Shown: piece by piece, positions 1 to 10,537 of the stretch | Layout of the letters: each line of letters starts with the position of its first letter | Numbering within the stretch: position 1 is the first letter of the stretch | Translations under genes and position numbers: made by a program | Source: Chthonomonadaceae bacterium | Lineage (GTDB): Bacteria; Armatimonadota; Chthonomonadetes; Chthonomonadales; Chthonomonadaceae | Reading direction: 5' to 3' | Assembly: GCA_035650735.1 (NCBI GenBank) | Contig: DASRGZ010000076.1 | Location: 1-64,000 of the forward strand | DNA: 64,000 nucleotides | Notes under the pieces: model-generated | Told to the model about the DNA's origin: nothing | The model's database searches: none | The model's input: only the letters and a program-made list of their open reading frames with translations

Positions 1-177
1 GGTGGCCAGGCCGATCTGCTTGAGGTTGGAGGTGCAGCTAATGGCGCGGGCCTTCTCGCGGGCCTGGGCGAAAACGGGGAAGAGAATGGCGGCCAGGATG
101 GCGATAATGGCGATGACCACGAGCAATTCGATCAGAGTGAAGCCGGAGCGGCGCTCCGTGGAATGAAACCGAAACAT
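1..177 (-). CDS. Prepilin-type N-terminal cleavage/methylation (DUF1559-like) protein, 3' end outside window
   Basis: Manual translation [58 protein letters not shown]; not in ORF track because truncated. Confidence 0.9.
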   Translation of the reverse strand, partial: MFRFHSTERRSGFTLIELLVVIAIIAILAAILFPVFAQAREKARAISCTSNLKQIGLAT

Positions 178-413
178 ACTTATCTACCTTTCCTGTTTGT
201 TTGCTTGTTTGTTTATTTCAATCCTCGCCCGGCCCGAGGACCGGGCGCTATCTTCTCGCAGGGTCGTTATTATGGAAGTCGGCGCGTTGTAGATAGGGGC
301 TTGGGGACTTACCCACCCGCTCCTCACGAACGCGGCGACAGACAGCCATCCCTCCTTTCGGATACTTCTCTAGGATATGCCGTGCCAGTTCCAATGTGCC
401 GGGCCTTCCTCTT

Positions 414-1409
414 TTAGCGGCGCGAGGAGGGCCGGATCTCCAGGCACGGCGTTAAAATCGTCTGCTGCAGCGGGGCGGCGGGGTCCTGCATCCGGCGCTG
501 CAAATATTGCCAGGCCAGCGCGCACATCGACTCCAACGGCTGCACGATGGTGGTCAGCGGCTTCTCCAGGTATTGCGTCTCCTGGATGCCATCGCAGCCG
601 ACGAGCGCCACCTCCTCAGGAACGCGCAAGCCCAGGTCGCAGAGCGCGCGATAGGCTGCCAGGGCCAGATCGTCGTGGAAGCAGAAAAGCCCGTCCGGGC
701 AGCCCCGGTCCCGGACATAATCGCAGAGCGCAGCCCGCGCATGGCTTCGGGTTGCGGGTGCCACGGCGATAATTTCCGGCTGCAAGCCCGCTTCCTGGAT
801 AGTGCGGGAATAGGCATCGTAGCGGGCATCGCCGGGATGGCAGACGCCCTTCCCCGCAAAATAGCCGATGCGCCGACATCCGAGGGATATCAGATGTTCC
901 ACGGCTTCCCTGGCTCCCGAATCGAGGTCTACCACAACGTAATCGGCGACTTCGATAGGAACGGTTCCAATGCAGACAAACGGCGTCTGTTGGAGCAGGC
1001 TGCCCCGCGCCAAGGGACGGAGGTCGGACAGAGGGTCTACGATGATAATGCCGTCGGTGGGCCATTCCGATAGGCCCAGCGCATCCAGGCCCGTATCGCG
1101 TTCTCCGGCCATCTGCCCGACCAACGTCTCGTAGCCATCACGCCGCAACTGCTCCTGGAGCTGATAGATAACCTCCGTGTAGTAGGAGGAGCGCACGCGG
1201 TTGAGGGCCAGCGTGATCAGGTCGGTTCGTCCGGTAACCAGGGCGCGGGCAGCGCGGTTGGGCCGGTAACCCATCTCCGCCGCCGCGCGCAGGACGCGCT
1301 GTCGCGTGGTCTGGGAGATGAAAGCGTCTTCGCGCCGGTTGAGGACGCGCGAAACCGTCGCCGGAGAGAGCTGCAAGTGGGTGGCTATGGCCTGAATCGT
1401 AATGCGCAC
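414..1409 (-). CDS. LacI-family transcriptional regulator
   Basis: N-terminal HTH TIQAIA...SPATVSRVLN, hinge YRPNRAARAL, C-terminal VPEEVALVGCD...LTTIVQP. Confidence 0.95.
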   Translation of the reverse strand: MRITIQAIATHLQLSPATVSRVLNRREDAFISQTTRQRVLRAAAEMGYRPNRAARALVTGRTDLITLALNRVRSSYYTEVIYQLQEQLRRDGYETLVGQMAGERDTGLDALGLSEWPTDGIIIVDPLSDLRPLARGSLLQQTPFVCIGTVPIEVADYVVVDLDSGAREAVEHLISLGCRRIGYFAGKGVCHPGDARYDAYSRTIQEAGLQPEIIAVAPATRSHARAALCDYVRDRGCPDGLFCFHDDLALAAYRALCDLGLRVPEEVALVGCDGIQETQYLEKPLTTIVQPLESMCALAWQYLQRRMQDPAAPLQQTILTPCLEIRPSSRR

Positions 1410-1430
1410 GACGGTCTGCCTCCCTCCGAC

Positions 1431-1482
1431 CGCAAACGTTTACGTATGTCGAAAGAATAGCATAGCCCGCCAGGAATGTCAA
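1431..1482 (-). promoter_or_regulatory. Sigma70 promoter of lacI-like gene plus LacI-type operator
   Basis: Minus strand TTGACA (1482-1477), 17 bp, TGc-TATTCT (1459-1454); palindrome CGCAAACGTTTACG at 1431-1444 with central CG. Confidence 0.75.
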
Positions 1483-1607
1483 GCGATTTTTCTGTGGTGG
1501 CAAAGCCGGGAACTTTGTGTTTTGCGGCTGAGTCCTCCTGATGCAACGCCAAGAGTAAGTTCGTCCTCCACGGAGGACCGTTGCCATCGGAAAGGAGTAC
1601 CATCACC

Positions 1608-1805
1608 ATGATTGTCGATCCGGTGTGCGGCATGCACATGGACCCGGAAAAGGCCCCCGCATTCTCGAAGGTTGGTGATCATACCTACTACTTCTGCAGC
1701 GACACCTGCAAGCAGAAGTTCGACGCCAACCCGGATCTGTTCATCCCCAACGCCCAGGAGATGAATCCGCAAGGGTATGACCAGAAGGCGCCGGCTTGCC
1801 GCTAA
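1608..1805 (+). CDS. Small YHS-domain protein
   Basis: DPVCGM...YYFCSDTCKQKFDANP motif; AAGGAG RBS upstream of ATG 1608. Confidence 0.85.
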   Translation: MIVDPVCGMHMDPEKAPAFSKVGDHTYYFCSDTCKQKFDANPDLFIPNAQEMNPQGYDQKAPACR

Positions 1806-1821
1806 TGTTGCCCAATGCGCG

Positions 1822-1855
1822 GAGGCGCCCGGCAAAACTGCCGGGCGCCTCTTTA
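1822..1855 (+). terminator. Intrinsic terminator after YHS gene
   Basis: GC-rich stem GAGGCGCCCGGCA/TGCCGGGCGCCTC followed by TTT. Confidence 0.6.
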
Positions 1856-2000
1856 TGCTGGCAGCGCCCCGAGAAAGGATGAAGGCGAAAGGATGAAAAG
1901 AGCAGGGATTTTCTTCCTCCCTCCTCCCTTTCCAGCAAGGAGGAAGGCAGGAAGAGGAAAAGAACAAGGCTTTTCTTCATCCTTCTGCCTTCCTCCTTTT

Positions 2001-3191
2001 TCACACAACGCCCTTTTTAAGCTCCTCCAGCGGATAGAGCGTGCCGCGCCAGACGATGCCGTTCTGCCGGTAGGCCCGCCAGGTGGAGCGCAGAATAATA
2101 GAGATGAAGATCAGCGTGGCGAGCGGGTAGGCCAGCCCGTACCACGCGCTTGCCCCGGAGAGGCGCCGCATCAGCCCGGCCCCAAATAGCATCGCCAGCA
2201 GCGTTGCCGCTGCCAACAGCCGCGTCGGCCAGGGCGGCAGGAACAGCGCCGCAGCCGGATAGAGCCCGGTGACTGCCAGCCCCGCCACCGACGCCAGCAT
2301 CGGCCCCAGCCGATACTCAAAGCCCGCAAAGGCGTTTTTGGTCAGGCTGTCCAGCACACCGCGAAAGCCGATCACCCAGCGCACCGAGATCTCCTCTCCG
2401 CCCTCCAGGATCGCCGAACGGAACCCATGCCGCTTGATCACCTTGCCCAGCTTCATGTCGTCGGCCACCTCCATCGGCAGCGCGCGGTGGCCCCCGAACT
2501 GCCGGTATGCGGCGGCGCGCACCAGGTTGAATGCGCCGAAGCCGGCATAGGCCGGCTTATTGGGGTCAGGCACATCCCAGGGGCGCACGTGGAAGCTGAA
2601 CATCAGCCCGAAATAGCTGACGAACAGCTTCTCCCAGAAGCCGTGCGTCTCGCAGTGGGGCGCGACGGCCAGATGATCGATGTCGTGGGTACAGGCGTAG
2701 GCGACGGCTCGCCGTAGGGCATCCGGCGCGAACACCACGTCGGCATCGGTGAAGAGGAACCAGGCCCCGGTGGCGTGCTCGCCGGCGACCTGGAGGGCGT
2801 GATTCTTGCCGAGCCAGCCGGGCGGCAGCTGCCGGATGTGGATCACGCGCAGGCGCGGATTGGCGGCGGCGAGCCGGTCCAGAATGGCGCCCGTCGCGTC
2901 GGTAGAGCGGTCATCTACGGCGATGATCTCCAGGGCGGGATAGTCCAACGCCAGCAGGCTTAACATGGCGCGCTCGACCGTCGCGGCCTCGTTGCAGGCG
3001 GGAACGAGGACCGAGAGGCGGGGCAGGTTCTGAAGCGCTGCGGTGGGCAGAGAGACCTCGGCGAGGCGCTTATAGTGATGACGTCCCTGCACCAGCATCC
3101 CCAGGCCCAGGAGCCAGGCCAGCAGCGTGCCGCCGGTCAGCAGGTAGTGCAGCGCGCTCCAGAGGCTGAAGCCAGAGAGAGCCGCCGTCAT
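2001..3191 (-). CDS. Membrane GT2 glycosyltransferase (HpnB/CrtQ-like)
   Basis: SVLVPACNE, VDDRSTD, GWLGKNHAL, FTDAD, ADDMKLG motifs; TM segments at both ends. Confidence 0.9.
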   Translation of the reverse strand: MTAALSGFSLWSALHYLLTGGTLLAWLLGLGMLVQGRHHYKRLAEVSLPTAALQNLPRLSVLVPACNEAATVERAMLSLLALDYPALEIIAVDDRSTDATGAILDRLAAANPRLRVIHIRQLPPGWLGKNHALQVAGEHATGAWFLFTDADVVFAPDALRRAVAYACTHDIDHLAVAPHCETHGFWEKLFVSYFGLMFSFHVRPWDVPDPNKPAYAGFGAFNLVRAAAYRQFGGHRALPMEVADDMKLGKVIKRHGFRSAILEGGEEISVRWVIGFRGVLDSLTKNAFAGFEYRLGPMLASVAGLAVTGLYPAAALFLPPWPTRLLAAATLLAMLFGAGLMRRLSGASAWYGLAYPLATLIFISIILRSTWRAYRQNGIVWRGTLYPLEELKKGVV

Positions 3192-4312
3192 CGTCCTGAA
3201 GTCCCCGTGCGTTCGCCACTGGAGGCGGAAGGGGAGGGTGGGGAGGCGGGGGGGCGTCCGGCTGTGGCTGTGGGGCCTACGGGCGTCTCTTTGGTGGTTT
3301 CAGCAGACTCGCCTGCCGAGGAAGCGGCCTGCGGCGGCGGGGGAGCGCCGTGCTCCTCCTGCTGGTGGCGCATCTCGGCATGATAGGGTTCGGTGTGAAT
3401 ATTGACGTGGGTGGCGGGCAGCGCCTGGCGAATCCGATCTTCGAGTTCCTCGGTGAGGTCGTGGGCCTGGAGAAACGAGCTGTTATCATCTATCTGCACA
3501 TGCACATCCACATGCCGATGGGAGCCGGATTTGCGCGTGCGCAGCTTATGGTAGCCCAGCACGCGCGCGTCGGTCTCCAGCACCTCCTGGATAGCGGCCT
3601 CCTCTTCGGGGGGCAGGCGCACATCCATCAGCAAGCGCAGGGCGTCGCGCGTCAATTGATAGGCCGTATAACAGATGAGCAGCGCCACCAGCAGCGCCGT
3701 CGCCGGGTCAAACCAGGCATGGCCGGTCAGGCGCGTCAGCAGCAGGCCGGCGAACACGCCCAGCGAGGTCCATACATCCGTCCGCAGATGCCCGGCGTCG
3801 GCTTCCAGCGCCTGCGAGTCGGTAGCGCGGGCGACGCGGTACAGGTGGCCCGACAGGAAGCCGTTGATCAGACAGGAGAGGCCCATCACGGCCAGCCCCG
3901 CATCGACTGTGTGCGGGTGCCAGTTCGGGGAGCGCAGCTTCTGTACAGACTCAGAGATAATGTAGAGGGCCGCGCCGAAAATCAGCAGGGCCTCCAGCAG
4001 CCCGGAGAGGCTTTCGATCTTGCCGTGGCCGTAGGGGTGCTCTTCATCCGGGGGAAGGTCGGAGGCGCGCACCGAGAAGAAGGCGATCCCGGAGGCGATC
4101 AGGTCGGTCAGCGAGTGCACGGCCTCGGACAGCACGCTGATCGAGCCCGTCCAGAACCCAACGCCGAATTTGAGCAGCACCAGCGCGGAGTTGGAGACGA
4201 CCGAGAGTCGCGCCGCCGCCATTTTGCGCCTGCGCAGCTCCTGGGGCATGGACGGCGCTGTGGAGGCTGCCGCCGCCGCCTTCTGCTCTCCGGGATCAGG
4301 TTCGGGTGTCAT
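3188..4312 (-). CDS. Cation diffusion facilitator transporter (FieF-like)
   Basis: SEAVHSLTD, HPYGHGKIE, HLRTD motifs; start moved to ATG 4312 after AGGAGAG. Confidence 0.92.
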   Translation of the reverse strand: MTPEPDPGEQKAAAAASTAPSMPQELRRRKMAAARLSVVSNSALVLLKFGVGFWTGSISVLSEAVHSLTDLIASGIAFFSVRASDLPPDEEHPYGHGKIESLSGLLEALLIFGAALYIISESVQKLRSPNWHPHTVDAGLAVMGLSCLINGFLSGHLYRVARATDSQALEADAGHLRTDVWTSLGVFAGLLLTRLTGHAWFDPATALLVALLICYTAYQLTRDALRLLMDVRLPPEEEAAIQEVLETDARVLGYHKLRTRKSGSHRHVDVHVQIDDNSSFLQAHDLTEELEDRIRQALPATHVNIHTEPYHAEMRHQQEEHGAPPPPQAASSAGESAETTKETPVGPTATAGRPPASPPSPSASSGERTGTSGR

Positions 4313-4612
4313 GCAATGCGTTCTCTCCTGCCTCTGGCCTGCTGCCGCCCGGCCGAGGCCGCGCAAATCCGTTCGGCCGAATACTCTGGAGACGGAGCGC
4401 TCTCGGCCATCTGGGTAGGGATTTCCTCTCCGTGCGTTACTCGTATTATATCAGGGATTCTATCCGAAAGAAGCCGTCCCGCGCAAGGGCCGGCCCGGCG
4501 CCCTACGGTCAGTCCCATTTATAGGGCCGCTTCCCGTTTTCTGTGGTATGCTAGTAAAAGGATGTTGAGAGTGCCTGGTAAAGCGGGTAATTTATTGCCA
4601 GGTTTTTAATTT

Positions 4613-4695
4613 GGGTAGACACTCCCAGCCGTGTGGATCAATCTCACGCAGCCTGCTGCTGAGGAGATACGTCAACACCGTTGGGAGGGATTACC
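4613..4695. repeat. ~80-bp structured dispersed repeat, copy A (inverted copy B 41012-41093, diverged copy C 63181-63260)
   Basis: CGTCAACACCGTTGGGAGGGATTACC is the reverse complement (1 mismatch) of GGTAATCCCTCCCAACCGTGTTGACG at 41012. Confidence 0.75.
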
Positions 4696-4869
4696 TTAAT
4701 TTGGCTTCTCTATGAGGTTTAGAGTCCCTAACACAACTTGGCTGTCAGGCTCTCCCCTCACCCCGGCCCTCTCCCTGCAAGGCAGAGGGAGTACGGTTTT
4801 GTTAGACGCTCTTAATGTCCCGGTGCGGGCGTGCTCAAGCCCAACGTGCCCTTATCTGGAGTGTCTGCT

Positions 4870-5667
4870 ATGTTGCGTACCCAACCTATGTCTCATTACT
4901 TTTCAGCGTCAGGCTGCCCGGCCACGATTCTGCTTATCGCTCTTAACATCGTCACCTTCTTTCTGGGCGTCATTCCCCAGACTCAGGATAGGCTGCTCAA
5001 TCTGGTTTTCTTCAGCAGCGCCTGGCAGGAGCGCTTCTGGACCCTGGTGACCTGGCCGTTGATTGGACCTCGCCATCCCCTGTTTCTGTTGTTTGCCTGT
5101 ATCTGGGCCTATTGGGTCTGCGGCAGCCTGGAACGAAGCTGGGGCACGCGGACGTTTGTGGGCTTCTTTCTGGCCGTTTCCGCGCTGACGGCCCTGACGA
5201 CCTGGGCCGGCGCACAGCTTTTGGGGACGCAGGCCGCGCTGGCGAGTGTGTGGGTGGCCCTGGCGGCCCCCACGGTGGCCTGGTGCACGATAAACTCTCG
5301 CGAGTCCGTCAGCCTGTATGGGCTGCTCACGATTCCGGCTCCCTTGATGGCTTTGCTGACCGTCGTGCTGGTATGGTTCGAGGTGGGGCCGCCCCTACTT
5401 GGGCTGTTTGCGCTTTCCGGCTGCGCGGCAGCTTATGCCTATGTCCGCTATGGCCGTTCTCCCTATCGGGGCTATGCCACGGTGCGCAGGCCCTGGGAGA
5501 AAGCGCCGGTGTTACGCCTGCGCACGTTTGCGCCCGAGCGTGAGGCGGCGGAGAGGGGTGGATTCGCTCCCTTGCGCTGGTGGAGAGCCTGGCAGGAGCG
5601 CCGGCAATTGGCCCGGCTATACCGGCGTTCCCGCTCGGTAGACCAGGAAGGCAAGGACAACCGCTAG
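4870..5667 (+). CDS. Rhomboid-like membrane protein
   Basis: Multiple TM helices, FWTLVTWPL and GSLERSWG motifs; no GxSG catalytic motif seen at the expected position. Confidence 0.7.
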   Translation: MLRTQPMSHYFSASGCPATILLIALNIVTFFLGVIPQTQDRLLNLVFFSSAWQERFWTLVTWPLIGPRHPLFLLFACIWAYWVCGSLERSWGTRTFVGFFLAVSALTALTTWAGAQLLGTQAALASVWVALAAPTVAWCTINSRESVSLYGLLTIPAPLMALLTVVLVWFEVGPPLLGLFALSGCAAAYAYVRYGRSPYRGYATVRRPWEKAPVLRLRTFAPEREAAERGGFAPLRWWRAWQERRQLARLYRRSRSVDQEGKDNR

Positions 5668-5738
5668 CGTAAGCCGCGTTCGGCTATTCTGACGACCTGG
5701 CTTAGCGCAGCGGGTAGTCTAAACCGTTTGGTCCTCGC

Positions 5739-6269
5739 CTATCGAGCGGGCTCTCTGCCGACGGTCTTGGGCGTGAGGCTGCGGTTATGAAGGGACTGTT
5801 CCAGGTTCGGGCGGAAATCGGGAGAGGCCGTCCGGGCCGCTTGCCGGAGCGCAGAGAGGGAGGCGCTGCCCGGAATCCGCTCCAGCGCCATCCGCGCATC
5901 CTCGCGAAGCTCTCGGTCGGAGAGCAGCCGGGCCAGGCCGGGCACGATCCGCCCATCTCCGGTGAAACCGAGCAGGTAGAGCGCATCGGCCCGTACCATG
6001 CGCGGGTGCGGCGTCTGTGCCACCTTTAGCAGCTCCACGGAGACGGCGTGGGCTTCCGCGCCGGCGCCGGGACGGGCTGCATGATGCGCAATGGTTTCCA
6101 TCGCCCCAGAGGCCGCTTTCGCTACGCCTTTATCCGGGGAGGCTGCTAACTCTCCCAGCGGCACGACGGCCTCCGCGCCCATTGGCCCCGCTTCACGCCA
6201 TGCCTTGTACCGCACGTCGGCATCCGGCGATTTGATTTTTTCTAAAAACGCAGCAATTTCCGCCTTCAT
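5739..6269 (-). CDS. HEAT-repeat protein
   Basis: VRADALYLLG, LREDARMALERI repeats; AAGGAGA RBS. Confidence 0.75.
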   Translation of the reverse strand: MKAEIAAFLEKIKSPDADVRYKAWREAGPMGAEAVVPLGELAASPDKGVAKAASGAMETIAHHAARPGAGAEAHAVSVELLKVAQTPHPRMVRADALYLLGFTGDGRIVPGLARLLSDRELREDARMALERIPGSASLSALRQAARTASPDFRPNLEQSLHNRSLTPKTVGREPAR

Positions 6270-6294
6270 TCCAATAGAATCTCCTTGTGGGTGT

Positions 6295-7221
6295 TCAGGG
6301 CCGCGCGCCGGCAATCTTTAGGTGAATGCGATACAGCCCGGTGCTTGCCGTGATATAGAGGGTCTTGGCGTCGGAATCGCCCCAGGCGCAGTTGGCCGCC
6401 ACCTCCGGCACGGCGATGACGCCCAGGCGCTTGCCGGACGGCGCAAAGACCTGCACGCCGCCCGATCCGGTGCAGTAGACGTTGCCGCGCGAGTCCACGC
6501 GCATCCCATCGGGAACGCCGGGCTTGTCGCCATGCATGTCGGCGAACACGCGCCCGTTCGCGAGCGTGCCGTCCGGCCTGACGTCAAACACGCGAATATG
6601 CTGGCGCTCCGAATCGTCAATATAGAGCCGCTTCTCATCCGGCGAGAAGGCCAGGCCGTTGGGCCGCACGAAATCCCGGACCAGCAGCGTGAGCTTGCCG
6701 TGCGGGGTCAGGCGATAGACGCCGTAGAAGCCCAATTCCTCCTGCTCGGGCTTAATGCCGTAGGGCGGATCGGTGAAGTAGATGTCGCCATTGGACTTGA
6801 CGACCACATCGTTGGGGCTGTTGAGCCGCTTGCCTTCATAGCGGTCGGCGAGTACGGTCACGGCGCCGTTGGGCTCGGTGCGGGTAACCCGGCGGCTGGT
6901 ATGCTCGCAGGAGATCAAGCGTCCCTGTCGGTCCAGCGTATTGCCGTTGGTGTTATGGGAAGGCTTGCGGAAGACGTCCGGCGGCGCGCTTCCCTTCCAT
7001 TCGTAGAGCGTGTCAGCGGGGATGTCGCTGAAGATCAGCGTGCCCCGGTGCGTCCAGATAGGGCCCTCGACAAACTGGAAGCCGCCGGCGACCTTCTCCA
7101 ACTGCGCTCCTTCCGGCATGATGTCCGACCAGGACGGTTCCGCCGGTTCGCCGGTGGCCGCCGCGATCATGAAAGCCGCCAGCAGCGCCAGGACGCCGCT
7201 ATGCATTAGCAAAGTCAGCAT
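6295..7221 (-). CDS. SMP-30/gluconolactonase-family protein with signal peptide
   Basis: FVEGPIW, LNSPNDVV, PNGLAFSPD, PDGMRVD motifs. Confidence 0.93.
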   Translation of the reverse strand: MLTLLMHSGVLALLAAFMIAAATGEPAEPSWSDIMPEGAQLEKVAGGFQFVEGPIWTHRGTLIFSDIPADTLYEWKGSAPPDVFRKPSHNTNGNTLDRQGRLISCEHTSRRVTRTEPNGAVTVLADRYEGKRLNSPNDVVVKSNGDIYFTDPPYGIKPEQEELGFYGVYRLTPHGKLTLLVRDFVRPNGLAFSPDEKRLYIDDSERQHIRVFDVRPDGTLANGRVFADMHGDKPGVPDGMRVDSRGNVYCTGSGGVQVFAPSGKRLGVIAVPEVAANCAWGDSDAKTLYITASTGLYRIHLKIAGARP

Positions 7222-7250
7222 GTCTTCCTCCGTTGGCCACTACCCAACCG

Positions 7251-7520
7251 ACCTCACCCAGTGGCCCTCACCCCCGGCCCATTGCCAGGGTCGGCAGGGT
7301 TAGGGGCCCTGCCTCCGCCTTGCCACAGCCCTCCGCCTGGCGACCCCCGGCGCTGCGGGAGAGGGGAGAGGCTCCCACCCCCTTCCCCACTGCCAGGGTC
7401 GGCAAGGTTACGGCCCTTGCCTCCGCCTTGCGACACCTTGCGATCCCCAAGAACAGGGGAGGGGAGACGAGAAGCTGGGTCACCCCCTTCCCTCCCAGGG
7501 AAGGGGGCCGGGGGATTAGG
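7251..7520. repeat. Cluster of C-rich REP-like palindromes (family A) carrying two inserted 45-bp hairpin elements (7281-7343, 7389-7443)
   Basis: CCCTCACCCCCGGCCC...GGGAGAGGGG and CCCCTTCCC...GGGAAGGGG units; family A also near 4755, 22160-22515, 28335-28670, 31661, 34670, 37119-37390, 45408, 50393, 57990-58290. Confidence 0.85.
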
Positions 7521-7525
7521 ATGCT

Positions 7526-8830
7526 CTACAAGTGCCAGGGTGCGCGGTAGGGCTGGGCGAGCATCCGGTTGGCTTCCTCATCGCCGATAAACCGGTGATT
7601 GACAGGGTCCCACTGTAGCTTGCGGCCCAACAGATAGGAGATGTTGGCGATGATGGGCAGGATAATGACGTTGTAGCCGATTTCAACGGACATGACCGGC
7701 TTCTCGCGCGTGCGGATACAGCGCCGCCAGTTCTGCCGGTGGCGCTCCGTCGGGTCGGGGGAGGGGTCGGGATCAATATAGACGTGCTGGCCGTCGGCAG
7801 GCGGATGGTACTGCTTGGCCTTATCCTCCGTGTCGGTGCCCGCATCGCCACCGGAGACGATCAGCGTGTCCCGGTCGCCATAGTATTTCGCGCCCCACTC
7901 GATGCCATTATAACGCGCGCCCGGCTGGCTCCAGGTCAGCGTCCAGTCCGGATCTTTGAATTCCCACTTCACTTCCATCGTCACCGGCACATCCCAGACG
8001 CCCTCTTTGGCCGGCTCACCGGTTGCCTCCACGCTGACCGGCCCGGCGTTGTCGGCGTTCATGCATAGCATCACGATGCTCAGCACATGGTTGCCCCGGT
8101 CGCGGATAAAGCCGGCGCCAAAATCCATCATCCAGCGGAAGTTGAAATGGACGTAGACCGGGTTATAAGGCCGCCAGCGTGCCGGGCCAAGCCACAGATC
8201 CCAGTCCAGCTCGGGCGGAGGCGCCTTCTCCTCGCCCCAGCCATCGGTGAAGTTGGGCGTGTGCCAGACCTCCACATGCGATACCTTCCCGATCTGGCCG
8301 TTGCGGATATATTCGGCGGCGATTTTGGCGTTGGGGTTGGAGCGGCCCTGCGCGCCGATCTGGACCACGCGCCCGTATTTGTTGGCGGCGTTTACCATCG
8401 CCTGGCCTTCCTGGATGGTCTTGCAGGTCGGCTTCTCGCAGTAGACATCCTTGCCGGCCTGGCAGGCGTGGACGGTCATGATGGCGTGCCAGTGGTCGGG
8501 CGTGCCGATGGTGATGGCGTCTATATCCTTACGGTCGAGGATGTAGCGGTAATCTTTGGTAAGCAGCGGCGTGCCCTGAACGGTCTTGGCGACCTCGGCT
8601 AGATGGTTGGCGTCCACGTCGCAGAGCGCGGCGGCGGCATCGGGCACGACATGGCTGCGGCCCATCCCGCCCAGGCCGATGTGCCCATAGACGATCCGAT
8701 CATTGGGGCCGGGGCGGCCCGGCCTCGCCAGTATGCCGCTGGGGAGGACATAAGGCATCGCGAACGCCGCTGCTGAGGCCGTGGACGCCTTGAGAAATTT
8801 TCGTCTTGAAATCTGCTTTTGTCGTTCCAA
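7526..8830 (-). CDS. Tat-exported Gfo/Idh/MocA oxidoreductase
   Basis: SRRKFLK Tat motif, IGLGGMG, GTPDHWH, YCEKP, DWDLWLGPA. Confidence 0.93.
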   Translation of the reverse strand: MERQKQISRRKFLKASTASAAAFAMPYVLPSGILARPGRPGPNDRIVYGHIGLGGMGRSHVVPDAAAALCDVDANHLAEVAKTVQGTPLLTKDYRYILDRKDIDAITIGTPDHWHAIMTVHACQAGKDVYCEKPTCKTIQEGQAMVNAANKYGRVVQIGAQGRSNPNAKIAAEYIRNGQIGKVSHVEVWHTPNFTDGWGEEKAPPPELDWDLWLGPARWRPYNPVYVHFNFRWMMDFGAGFIRDRGNHVLSIVMLCMNADNAGPVSVEATGEPAKEGVWDVPVTMEVKWEFKDPDWTLTWSQPGARYNGIEWGAKYYGDRDTLIVSGGDAGTDTEDKAKQYHPPADGQHVYIDPDPSPDPTERHRQNWRRCIRTREKPVMSVEIGYNVIILPIIANISYLLGRKLQWDPVNHRFIGDEEANRMLAQPYRAPWHL

Positions 8831-8947
8831 CGCTGGAAACCCCCTTCTCCGCTCTCCTTACATAAACAAAAGTTAGACGCCAACCTCTGATCTCCTCCTG
8901 TTTTCTCCTTCTGGCAGGGTCCTTCCGTTTGCCCTGTACTCGCCGCC

Positions 8948-9267
8948 GGGCACGGAAAGTACCCGGCTATGGGGCCTAACGGCCAGGCGTCCTGGCGGAC
9001 GCCCAGCAAAGCCAGGAGTTTCCGTCCGAAGGACGGTCGGCGGCGCAGCCGCCCTCTAGACGGGTATTTTCCATGCCCGGCTAGGACCGGGGTTTTCAAC
9101 CCCCGTCTGTGTGGCCTTCGGCCAAGCGACTGCAAGGGACGGCGCTACGACTGCTAGGGTCGGAACTGGGCACGCTCGACTGCCAGGGACGCCGCTCAAC
9201 GGCTCGCGGCTCTGCCTGGCGATCTCCGCCTGGCGATACTCGCGCCTCTGCCTTGCGACTGGCGGAC
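8948..9267. repeat. Composite REP/REPIN-like repeat (family B) with a triple-nested hairpin element at 9129-9258
   Basis: Colinear with 48889-49082; units CGGGTA..AAAGTACCCGG, GGCC..CGGCCAAGCGTCCTGGCGGACG, CGTCCGAAGGACG. Confidence 0.85.
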
Positions 9268-9509
9268 ACCAAAAACGCAAAAACATCGAGAACGGAAGGA
9301 CCTGTTCTTGTAGACGATTAGATTTGCAAAAGTCATTAGCAGCCCGAAAAGAAAACGGAAGGATTCTGAGAGGAGCGCCGTGCCGCTCGGTGAAGGGTTT
9401 TTGCGCGGAACTGTCGAAAGGATGCTTGCTGTTCGCTACGCGACGCGCTGGGAAGGTTCCGGGAACTCCTATCCGGGCTCTGTCTTCTAATTTGTGAAGG
9501 GAAGAACGT

Positions 9510-10430
<921 letters not shown>

Positions 10431-10537
10431 CGGGCAGGAATTAGGACCGAGGTCGCGAAATCAATTGAATGTTGATGCTTGATTCCTATAGCTAATACGT
10501 GCGGTCTCCCCGAGGCCGGAAGTGGATAGATAGTAGC

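Noticed and set aside
4721..4812. Possible MITE with imperfect 17-bp inverted ends around a REP
   Set aside because: Only 13/17 match, single copy, no clear target duplication.
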